Shown: piece after piece, positions 7,556 through 14,803 of the stretch | Position numbering within the stretch: position 1 is the first letter of the stretch | Layout: each line of letters opens with the position of its first letter | From: Nanobdellota archaeon | GTDB lineage: Archaea; Nanobdellota; Nanobdellia; Pacearchaeales; GW2011-AR1 | DNA length: 37,295 nucleotides | Assembly: GCA_034716495.1 (NCBI GenBank) | Contig: JAYEHV010000029.1 | Coordinates: 1-37,295 of the forward strand | Reading direction: 5' to 3' | The notes under the pieces: model-generated | Databases searched by the model: none | Seen by the model: only the letters and a program-made list of their open reading frames with translations | Told to the model about the DNA's origin: nothing | Translations under genes and position numbers: made by a program

Positions 7556-8338
7556 TTAATCTGCTTCAGAAAAGATTAAACCGCAATCCTCACAGTTTCC
7601 TTTCCAGTATATATTCCCTTTTCTTAGGGTGTTAAAATTCCAAATATTTTCGCTTTCCCTTGCTTCATCATCGTTGAATAAGACAATTTGCTGAACACAT
7701 TTAGTACCGCAATCACATCTTCTGCGTTCTGTTCTACCGATAAGAATTTTTAACCGATCAAACTCAGTTCTATAAATCTTATTAAATATCTCTCTATCTA
7801 TAGTATATCCGTTAATCCATCGGTTCTCGTTATTTGTCGAGCCTTCATTAAAGACCAGTCTAAGAGCGGTAAGGCGCTCCAAGAATCGAGGCGCTCCAGA
7901 TTCCCACTTCCCTAAGGTTAGATCGTTATTACTCGTAATAGTAAATCTGAATTGAATTTGATTTTTGAATTTTTGTAATGATAATACTAAAATATGCATA
8001 CACATTAAACTGGGTTTTGTTGTAATGAGAACTTCGTTTCCCGCTCTCAAAAGTTTCTTGAGGACAATTATACAGTTTTTAACCGTCTCTGGAGTAATAT
8101 CATGACTCGTAGGAAACATGATTCGACCGCTGCGCTTTCGATATCCTTTTTGAAACGCTTTTTTATTTAATTCCATCTTTTTCCAAGTTGTTTCAGTCTT
8201 TCTCTTAAATCTAATGGCCATCTTCTTGGCATAGCAATATAAGCAGTTATTTGAGCATCCAGAATATATATTAACATTGGTATCACACCATTCTTTCGTT
8301 CCTGATGTGATTTTATTCTTTTCTTTTGGTTTTAACAT
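7556..8338 (-). CDS. Radical-SAM protein (SplB/COG1533-like N-terminus), substrate unknown
   Basis: 260 aa. NIYSGCSNNCLYCYAK contains the CxxxCxxC 4Fe-4S/SAM motif in the GC..C.YCYA context typical of the DNA-photolyase-like radical-SAM group. Extra C-terminal cysteines CDCGTKC and CEDC. Confidence 0.65.
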   Translation of the reverse strand: MLKPKEKNKITSGTKEWCDTNVNIYSGCSNNCLYCYAKKMAIRFKRKTETTWKKMELNKKAFQKGYRKRSGRIMFPTSHDITPETVKNCIIVLKKLLRAGNEVLITTKPSLMCMHILVLSLQKFKNQIQFRFTITSNNDLTLGKWESGAPRFLERLTALRLVFNEGSTNNENRWINGYTIDREIFNKIYRTEFDRLKILIGRTERRRCDCGTKCVQQIVLFNDDEARESENIWNFNTLRKGNIYWKGNCEDCGLIFSEAD

Positions 8339-8748
8339 TATTTTATCAACCCCTTTTGTCTCATTTTATTTAATATATTAAAAACTCCCTTAATCGCACC
8401 ACTCCACCCGCCACCGCCTCTTTGCTGTCCAAAAGTTTGATTAAACATTTTAGCTGTAGATCCCATCCGAAACATCTGCTCACATTCTAAATCTGTTGCA
8501 GAATGGCTAATACAATACTGCATAAGCATATTATAGTCGGGATTAGGCGTATTCTTTAAGTCTTTATACTTCTTTTTCCACCAATCGTTATTTTCTTTTA
8601 ACTTCTCTAATTCCCCTGAAGTTATTGAGACTAACTCGCTTGAGTCCACTTTTGGAGTAGTTTTTGGAAGATCATACACTTTAGGCTCTATTTTTTTTGC
8701 TAATTCGGGATATAAATCGCCAAAGGTTTTTTGCTTAGTTTTTTCCAT
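8338..8748 (-). CDS. Hypothetical protein with C-terminal GGGGWSGA motif
   Basis: 136 aa. RGGGGWSGAIKGVFNILNK (8368-8424) resembles KTGGGWSGAFQKAFGLIEK in 14804..15730. Confidence 0.6.
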   Translation of the reverse strand: MEKTKQKTFGDLYPELAKKIEPKVYDLPKTTPKVDSSELVSITSGELEKLKENNDWWKKKYKDLKNTPNPDYNMLMQYCISHSATDLECEQMFRMGSTAKMFNQTFGQQRGGGGWSGAIKGVFNILNKMRQKGLIK

Positions 8749-8892
8749 CTAGCTCATCAACTCATTTAAGATTTTATTAAACTTTTTACTTGTAATTTCA
8801 TTAATATTCTCTTTAGTAATTCCAAAATGTTTTGAGATATAATGTCTTTTGAGGAATTTCCTTCTTTGCTTTCTTCTTCTAATCCAATTCAT
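8749..8892 (-). CDS. Possible small basic protein (47 aa)
   Basis: MNWIRRRKQRRKFLKRHYISKHFGITKENINEITSKKFNKILNELMS. Exactly fills the gap between 8748 and 8899, with GAGGT 10 nt upstream. Below the track length cutoff. Confidence 0.3.
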   Translation of the reverse strand: MNWIRRRKQRRKFLKRHYISKHFGITKENINEITSKKFNKILNELMS

Positions 8893-8898
8893 TAAACT

Positions 8899-9081
8899 TC
8901 ATACCTCTTGATTGATTTTTTGAATTGCACTCCTAAAATCTTGAATCCGTTTCATTTCTCTTGAATTACTCGCATCCAGAATCATAAGGTCAAGAAGATT
9001 GAGGACTTTTTCTTTAGGAAAGGAGGCTGGAAATCGAACTGTATTTTTATATAACCGATTCAAAAAAGCAATTATTTTCAT
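8899..9081 (-). CDS. Hypothetical protein
   Basis: 60 aa, in-array position. Confidence 0.45.
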   Translation of the reverse strand: MKIIAFLNRLYKNTVRFPASFPKEKVLNLLDLMILDASNSREMKRIQDFRSAIQKINQEV

Positions 9082-9123
9082 GCAACCTCACCTGAACTAT
9101 ATGTAAATCTTTTCATTTTTTTT

Positions 9124-9444
9124 TTACACCTTTATTAGTTCTATTTTGTGTTGTAAGAGATTGAGATGGTCGTAAATCTCCCTTCCTTTTTCGGTAAGTC
9201 TGATTAATTTCTTTTGTTGATTAGGATGAATATAGATTTCAATCATTCTGTAATCTAAGAGAAATTGTTTTGCTCTGCGGAAAGAATTATAATAACTACC
9301 AGTATTCATGATTTTGTTAAAAGTATGATATTCAATACCCTCTGAAATGCTTGTATATTCACCTAGGATATTCATAGTATCCCAGAATCCCTTATTGCGA
9401 AAGATCTCCCGTAATTTTGCTAATTTCTCAAATATAGCTTTCAT
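9124..9444 (-). CDS. Winged-helix DNA-binding protein; start refined to ATG at 9444
   Basis: The track ORF (to 9534) would overlap the upstream gene by 107 nt. An internal ATG (MKAIFEKL) overlaps it by 17 nt. SFRRAKQFLLDYRMIEIYIHPNQQKKLIRLTEKGREIYDHL is a typical recognition-helix/wing/LTEKG pattern of MarR/PadR-like wHTH proteins. Confidence 0.55.
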   Translation of the reverse strand: MKAIFEKLAKLREIFRNKGFWDTMNILGEYTSISEGIEYHTFNKIMNTGSYYNSFRRAKQFLLDYRMIEIYIHPNQQKKLIRLTEKGREIYDHLNLLQHKIELIKV

Positions 9445-9757
9445 TACTAAGCCACTCCTTTCTTTGTTTCTTTGATTCCTCTTTAAAATTGGACATGACT
9501 TCAGGGTCTCGTACCCATCCTTTTCCATTTCCATTATTAGTCTTTTTCCTTTGGATTTGGCTATAATCTAAAGAATATTCTCCTTTACTTATTCTCAGAT
9601 ATTCGTGAAAGAGGATAAATCGAAAGCCTTCGCCTCGACTTGAAAAAAAACCTAATTCTTTTAGGCCATCAATTAAATCCCGTTGTTCATCGGTAATACT
9701 TATAGAGGCTATTTCAAATCCCGCCTTATCATTCATAATAGCTATAAGTTCAGGCAT
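9428..9757 (-). CDS. RHH-like DNA-binding protein (possible upstream extension to ATA at 9883)
   Basis: 109 aa from the ATG. ASISITDEQRDLIDGLKELGFFSSRGEGFRFIL fits a strand-helix-helix pattern. The frame stays open for 44 more codons upstream, to 9889. Confidence 0.5.
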   Translation of the reverse strand: MPELIAIMNDKAGFEIASISITDEQRDLIDGLKELGFFSSRGEGFRFILFHEYLRISKGEYSLDYSQIQRKKTNNGNGKGWVRDPEVMSNFKEESKKQRKEWLSNESYI

Positions 9758-9879
9758 ATTCTCTTCAAAAAAAATGTTTATTACCGCTCTTAACTGGGCG
9801 GACTTGACATTATTCGCCGCAGCATCCTCAGAGGTTAGCTCTGAGATTATACAACTAGGACTACGATAGGTAAATCTCT

Positions 9880-10134
9880 TTATAGTGGATCAACTCCGTA
9901 ATTTAGTAAAATATCGAAACATTCGCCTAATTGATCTTGAGTTAAGATTTCTAAACTCTTGTAGAGACTGGGAGGAATACCCATAGCAAAAACCTTAATC
10001 CAACTAAGAAGATATCTCTTAAAGGTCTGAAACTCCGCCTCCGATAGCGGTATTCCCTTCAGATACTTCAAGACAATAGGTTTTAAAACCTTGTCTCTCA
10101 TCCAAAAATCAAACTCTCCATCAAACTTTACCAT
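9880..10134 (-). CDS. Hypothetical protein
   Basis: 84 aa, in-array. Confidence 0.55.
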   Translation of the reverse strand: MVKFDGEFDFWMRDKVLKPIVLKYLKGIPLSEAEFQTFKRYLLSWIKVFAMGIPPSLYKSLEILTQDQLGECFDILLNYGVDPL

Positions 10135-10137
10135 TTT

Positions 10138-11133
10138 TTAATTCCCCTCGGGTAGAATCTTAATCAGAGCTTCTCTTATATCTTTCTCTTTTATTAAGAG
10201 CCATTGTTCTCCTCTTTCTGAAAGAGGAACAGTACAATCAGGGAACTCATAACGCCAATAAGTCTCAATCTCTCCATCTTTAATCTTATCGAGAACCCCT
10301 CGTATCTTATCTTTCGGAATACTATCGTTAAAATGTTCGTGTTCTAAATGGTATTGATAATTGGCAGTATATTGAAACTTCTTTAAACAATACGCACATC
10401 TATATATAGGTTCGGGCTGCGGCTCTTTAATAGCGAAATTCTTATTATGCCATTCATAAAATTCCGTAAAGAAATCCTCATTATCTATATCGTATTTACA
10501 ACATAAATCTTCAAATTGGTCAGTATATTCTATATGAGGGTCTCCAGAAGGGTACTGCTTCGGGGCTGCTCTCTCCTTATTGTAATCTTGTTCATTCCAT
10601 ACTTTCAAGTCTATTATCTTCTTTTTCCATTCGTAATGTTTTTGGATAAAATTATAAAACTCCTCGAATTGTTCTTTAGCTTCTTCTATATTATCTGCTT
10701 CAATTACTTCATATGATGCTTTAAAATGGTCTGTCATAATATCTGCCATTATACACCCATGATATGATATTACAAAGTCTAAACTAAACTCAAAACCACC
10801 TTCATCATTTATATCTGGTTTCTGGGCATCCTCTTTGTTAGAGTCCTTCGGGGTTTCGCTCAGAGAGGATAGCATTGTTTTTAAACCATTCCAATCCTTA
10901 ACTCTCTCTATTAAATCATTTGTTTGAGGGTGGTAATCTCCCATTTGTTCAATCATATCTGTATAATGTCTTATCTCCATATCTATCAGCTTCCGCACGA
11001 CCTCCCGATTCTCTCTCCCAGTATTCTTAAATATACGGTGATCCATAGCATTAGCCCATGCTGTATTCTTGAGGCTCTGCTCCGTGGATATTTGTTTCTC
11101 TTTAAGTTTCTTTATTTCTTTTTCAAGATCCAC
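10138..11133 (-). CDS. C2H2 zinc-finger protein with N-terminal coiled-coil region
   Basis: 331 aa. YRCAYCLKKFQYTANYQYHLEHEH is a classical C-x2-C-x12-H-x(2-4)-H finger. Confidence 0.6.
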   Translation of the reverse strand: MDLEKEIKKLKEKQISTEQSLKNTAWANAMDHRIFKNTGRENREVVRKLIDMEIRHYTDMIEQMGDYHPQTNDLIERVKDWNGLKTMLSSLSETPKDSNKEDAQKPDINDEGGFEFSLDFVISYHGCIMADIMTDHFKASYEVIEADNIEEAKEQFEEFYNFIQKHYEWKKKIIDLKVWNEQDYNKERAAPKQYPSGDPHIEYTDQFEDLCCKYDIDNEDFFTEFYEWHNKNFAIKEPQPEPIYRCAYCLKKFQYTANYQYHLEHEHFNDSIPKDKIRGVLDKIKDGEIETYWRYEFPDCTVPLSERGEQWLLIKEKDIREALIKILPEGN

Positions 11134-11385
11134 TTATAACACCTCTACAATTATCGAAAACAGGATGACAACCTTCTGTTTTTTTATTTTGTTCCATTTT
11201 GGTTTATCCTCTAATAATTTTCTATAATTCCTGTAATATTTTGACTCGATACGAACTTTGATAGCACCTGTAAGAAAATCGATTAGATTCCCGGTCCAAG
11301 TCCTATAAAATATTTTAACTCTTTTTTCTGGTAGTAAAAAAAGACCAGAGATATTTATTGGTATAGGGAAATCACTTAGAGTCAT
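11134..11385 (-). CDS. Hypothetical protein
   Basis: 83 aa. Abuts the downstream gene start at 11133. Confidence 0.45.
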   Translation of the reverse strand: MTLSDFPIPINISGLFLLPEKRVKIFYRTWTGNLIDFLTGAIKVRIESKYYRNYRKLLEDKPKWNKIKKQKVVILFSIIVEVL

Positions 11386-11388
11386 CGT

Positions 11389-11775
11389 TTATTCCATCGT
11401 AATTATTCTTTTAAATTCAGCTTCTAATTCTTCAATCTTAGTTCTAGGTGCTTTTGATTGTAACCATTGTTGGAATAGCTTTGTAAATCCTTGAATACAA
11501 AATGCTCTCCCGAAAGGAAGTTCCAACTTAAATTCTGAGACTACAATTAAGAGATCATCCACAATTTTACGATAATCCTTTTTTGGTTTTGTCTTTTGAA
11601 TTACCTTTTTAGGTTCATTCTCTAAAAAGTGAGTATATCCTTTGTCAATTAGAAATCTCTGAAAGGGTTTTGATTGCCTCCCTGCGTATGTGGGATTTCC
11701 ATTGGTTTCTTGTCGATATAAATCCCAAAGACTTGAAAGTGTTTGCAATTCTGACTGCGATAATTTTATTGACAT
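11389..11775 (-). CDS. Hypothetical protein
   Basis: 128 aa, in-array. Confidence 0.55.
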   Translation of the reverse strand: MSIKLSQSELQTLSSLWDLYRQETNGNPTYAGRQSKPFQRFLIDKGYTHFLENEPKKVIQKTKPKKDYRKIVDDLLIVVSEFKLELPFGRAFCIQGFTKLFQQWLQSKAPRTKIEELEAEFKRIITME

Positions 11776-11786
11776 CTAATCCCTCT

Positions 11787-12035
11787 TTATATTTCTGGAA
11801 TAATACCATTAGTAGAACAGTTTTCATGCGGTCGCTTGTAAGCAGTATCCATTTCCTTAATTGCCTTTGTTTTATCTGCTTGATAATCCCGAATGAATTT
11901 AGTTATCGCGCATTTTAACAGATGCTCAGCAGTAGTATCCATCTCTTTTACTATTATCTTAAGCTCTTCATTTCTTTCTGTAGGCAAATTAAAATGCTTT
12001 GAAACTGTTCTTTTTTCTTGGTCTAAATCTAACAT
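11787..12035 (-). CDS. RHH (CopG-like) DNA-binding protein
   Basis: 82 aa. RTVSKHFNLPTERNEELKIIVKEMDTTAEHLLKCAITKFIRDY fits the strand-helix-helix pattern. Third RHH gene in a row. Confidence 0.5.
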   Translation of the reverse strand: MLDLDQEKRTVSKHFNLPTERNEELKIIVKEMDTTAEHLLKCAITKFIRDYQADKTKAIKEMDTAYKRPHENCSTNGIIPEI

Positions 12036-12104
12036 AGTTTTTTTCTCTTTTTTTTTGATTATTTTATTTGTTTTAAAAAAATATATTTGGATAACCCAAA
12101 GACC

Positions 12105-12395
12105 CTACTCCAGTCTCTGGATTATTTTAAAAGTTTTAAAACCCCGCACGGGTTCATTGTTTTCATCGTGTTTCTCAATAGGAACACGCACAAAGTTCTT
12201 ATCATCAAAGACTTCTTCTAGTTCCGGCTCATTGAACTTTTGCAGGTTCTTTGCCATCCTTAGTTCCTTTAAGAGAAATTCGCGTGTTGCCACACGTACA
12301 AGCTCACTTCGACTTGGGAATAGCCCGCCCTCACCTATAAGCTTGTTGATTGCTTCTATGTATGATTCGGGGACATTACAAGTGACTATTTTTAT
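12105..12395 (-). CDS. RHH (CopG-family) protein, paralogue B, apparent ATA start
   Basis: The track ORF starts at GTG 12293, which would remove the beta-strand and helix 1. The open frame upstream reads (I)KIVTCNVPESYIEAINKLIGEGGLFPSRSELVRVATREFLLKEL, colinear with paralogue A. There is no ATG/GTG/TTG between 12294 and 12455. ATA at 12395-12393 lies 7 nt after GAGGTG (12408-12403). Confidence 0.6.
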   Translation of the reverse strand: MKIVTCNVPESYIEAINKLIGEGGLFPSRSELVRVATREFLLKELRMAKNLQKFNEPELEEVFDDKNFVRVPIEKHDENNEPVRGFKTFKIIQRLE

Positions 12396-12426
12396 GCTAA
12401 TACACCTCTTTTTATTTTCCTCATTT

Positions 12427-12639
12427 TTATTTTCTCTCCTTTGTATTGCTTCTTGCTAACATTTTAAAATTGGATTCGTCAAGGTCCTGATAGAATTGAA
12501 GTTCCTTTGAGAGAAAGTCCCTTAAAGCGATCCTAATAGCTTCGCTTCTACTTGGATATATGCCAAGGTCATTGAGGACTTGGATTGCTGCCAAATATTT
12601 TTCAGGTAAATTAATTGTGATGATTTTAATTTTTCCCAC
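12427..12639 (-). CDS. RHH (CopG-family) protein, paralogue A
   Basis: 70 aa. KIKIITINLPEKYLAAIQVLNDLGIYPSRSEAIRIALRDFLSKEL carries the canonical CopG/Arc-type SRSEaIR signature. Confidence 0.75.
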   Translation of the reverse strand: MGKIKIITINLPEKYLAAIQVLNDLGIYPSRSEAIRIALRDFLSKELQFYQDLDESNFKMLARSNTKERK

Positions 12640-12922
12640 CTACATTCTTTTTGCTTTCAAATTCTTTATCGCATTTCATCATTTTTTTATTCGAGCTTTC
12701 TCGCTCGCTCAGAATAATACCTTCTATATTAGTATTACTATATTCTGTCGATATAAGAGAAGTATATTTATCTATTAATTCTTGAAATTCATCTTGATAT
12801 TTCCTATTAATAATTTCATCTACTAACAACTCCATAGATATTAACACTCTATAATCATTTTCGTATTCTTCTATTTTAGGCATTTTCTTTCGCACATATT
12901 CAAAAATATCTTTTATATTCAT
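12626..12922 (-). CDS. Hypothetical protein
   Basis: 98 aa, with GGAGGAGG upstream of the start. Confidence 0.55.
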   Translation of the reverse strand: MNIKDIFEYVRKKMPKIEEYENDYRVLISMELLVDEIINRKYQDEFQELIDKYTSLISTEYSNTNIEGIILSERESSNKKMMKCDKEFESKKNVGGKN

Positions 12923-12987
12923 TCTTGGCTATTCCTCCTCCTTAAAAATTTAATCTTTTTTTCTAATTTATTTTGAAATTTTTACTT

Positions 12988-13818
12988 TTAGAACTCATCT
13001 AACTCCTCATCATTGACGAAATCAGCATCTTCGCATCTGGGCGCCAAAAAGTAGCTTAACTCAGACCCTTCAAGAATACTAAATATCATTTTGAGAGGGT
13101 GGTCTGTTTTGAGAGAGACTTCTAATCTTTCGGTAATGGAGGATATTTTTAGAATTGATTTTAGAAACAAAAGTGAATAAGCTCCATTACTGATTCCTGT
13201 AATTTCGGATTCAATTAAATCCTCTATACTCAAATCATATTCCATCTCCCCTATCTGTCCGGAAGAACTAAAGAAGATTCCATTTTCTTCATCCGCCTTC
13301 ATGTTTAGAATCTCAGAATAGATCTCAGCGTCTTTTAAAGCTTCAGAGATTATATCTGTATCCATATCAAAGGTGCTGGGATATTCTATAGATAGTAAAT
13401 TCTCCATTGGAATATCTTCTTGCTCTGTGTCTATCGTTGCTAAACTAAAGGTTCGCTTTCTGGTTTGACCTTCTTGACAGAACTGCATACGGATTTTAGA
13501 ATCTTTTTTATAGTATCCAAACTCTAAAATATCTTTATTATTACTCCTCTTCAAAATCTTAGTAAGATCGTCTAAGTTAAGGCCTATTTTCTCACTATTT
13601 TTGCATGTATAGACATCGAAATTCTCTTGTTTCATGGTAAGTCGGATTAAACAGATGCGGCTTGGGTCCATCGCATTAATTTGCAATTCATCAGAAGAAA
13701 CGTCAATAATACATTCATCTATGATTGAATTGAGTGTTTCTACAATCACGCTGAAGATCTTGCTATTCTCGAGTTTGAAATAAAATATAGGTTCGACCAT
13801 TATTCTATAATCCTCCAC
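12988..13818 (-). CDS. pcn: PCNA-like DNA sliding clamp, paralogue 2
   Basis: 276 aa. ELQINAMDPSRICLIRLTM, SSGQIGEM, TDHPLKMIF and YFLAPRCEDAD follow the canonical PCNA layout. Acidic tail DADFVNDEELDEF. The internal ATG at 13800 (MVEPIFYFKL, TAATG overlap with the upstream stop) may be the true start. Confidence 0.8.
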   Translation of the reverse strand: MEDYRIMVEPIFYFKLENSKIFSVIVETLNSIIDECIIDVSSDELQINAMDPSRICLIRLTMKQENFDVYTCKNSEKIGLNLDDLTKILKRSNNKDILEFGYYKKDSKIRMQFCQEGQTRKRTFSLATIDTEQEDIPMENLLSIEYPSTFDMDTDIISEALKDAEIYSEILNMKADEENGIFFSSSGQIGEMEYDLSIEDLIESEITGISNGAYSLLFLKSILKISSITERLEVSLKTDHPLKMIFSILEGSELSYFLAPRCEDADFVNDEELDEF

Positions 13819-14138
13819 AGTTTTATAGGTTTGCCGCGCCGACCATTCAATAATGAATATCGTTCCACTAGCTTCTTTTTCTCCAATTTCTCAAGATTAT
13901 CGTAAATGGTTGTTCTGCTTAATCCTAAGATTGCCATCAAAGTAGCTGGATCTACTTTGCCTTCTTGACCTCTCTTCAATGGACCATGCTTTTCTAAAAC
14001 CTTAAGAATATCAATCTGAGTTTCCCTCATCCTCTCTATTGTAATGGATTTAGGGAGCGGGGGATTGATTAATTTCCTTGCTTTTTGAATAAAGTCGCTT
14101 TCTGGTTTATTTTCTTGTTTTGGTTTGTTTTTTATCAA
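13800..14138 (-). CDS. Winged-helix transcription regulator (TrmB/MarR-like)
   Basis: 112 aa. ILKVLEKHGPLKRG...LGLSRTTIYDNLEKLEKKKLVERYSLLNGRRGKPIKLWRI shows the HTH plus beta-wing pattern. Confidence 0.7.
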   Translation of the reverse strand: MIKNKPKQENKPESDFIQKARKLINPPLPKSITIERMRETQIDILKVLEKHGPLKRGQEGKVDPATLMAILGLSRTTIYDNLEKLEKKKLVERYSLLNGRRGKPIKLWRIIE

Positions 14139-14479
14139 AATTTTTTACCTCCATAAATCTTTTTTAAAATGGATTTAAATACAAAGTTGATGGATATGTT
14201 TAAGTCTCTTAGTTCATTCAGAAGAGTAGATAAAGTCTGATCTATGCATCTTTCTATAATTTTTTTTATTCCTGTAGATTGTCCTAAATAGCCTTGAGGG
14301 TTCTTAACAAAATCAGGTAAATGGGTAAATTCAATAGAGAATTTTTTTAGATATAATTCTACTTTTTCTAATACTCTAAAATACGCATACTCAATAAGCG
14401 CAATTCTGGTTTCTAAGAATGTATCATGGTTATTGCCCTTAGCAGACCACGTTAATTTTACAGTTTTATTTTTTGACAT
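14135..14479 (-). CDS. Hypothetical protein
   Basis: 114 aa, with 4-nt and 1-nt overlaps with its neighbours. Confidence 0.55.
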   Translation of the reverse strand: MSKNKTVKLTWSAKGNNHDTFLETRIALIEYAYFRVLEKVELYLKKFSIEFTHLPDFVKNPQGYLGQSTGIKKIIERCIDQTLSTLLNELRDLNISINFVFKSILKKIYGGKKF

Positions 14480-14802
14480 TATATCCCCCTTTTTGAAACG
14501 CCCAATTTAGATAAACTAATAGCGTAATCACATTTAGGACAAACAATAAATAACCACCAATTAATACCGTCCGCTAAATCCCAGCCAGAACCGTGATGAG
14601 GATATCCTTGAATCTTCTCATCCTTGATTGATGCCCCGCAAGTACAATTTCCTTGAGAATACATATAATTATGGGCATCCTTGAATAATTTAGGATATAG
14701 GTGCTCAACTAACTCTTCTTTTAAATAATGCCAGAAGAGTTTTTGAGATGTAGCTTCTTTATTCTGTTCATGGTGCAATAATGCCAATTCTGATTCTTCC
14801 AT
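14479..14802 (-). CDS. Zinc-ribbon-containing protein, function unknown
   Basis: 107 aa. CTCG ... CPKC cysteine pairs. Confidence 0.55.
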   Translation of the reverse strand: MEESELALLHHEQNKEATSQKLFWHYLKEELVEHLYPKLFKDAHNYMYSQGNCTCGASIKDEKIQGYPHHGSGWDLADGINWWLFIVCPKCDYAISLSKLGVSKRGI

Positions 14803-14803
14803 T

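Noticed and set aside
11893-12459. 188-aa plus-strand ORF, the longest plus-strand ORF in the track
   Set aside because: It lies antisense to three minus-strand RHH genes with recognisable folds. Its translation is Ser/Phe/Leu-rich low-complexity sequence typical of the antisense frame of A-rich coding DNA. It has no SD and no partner genes on the plus strand.
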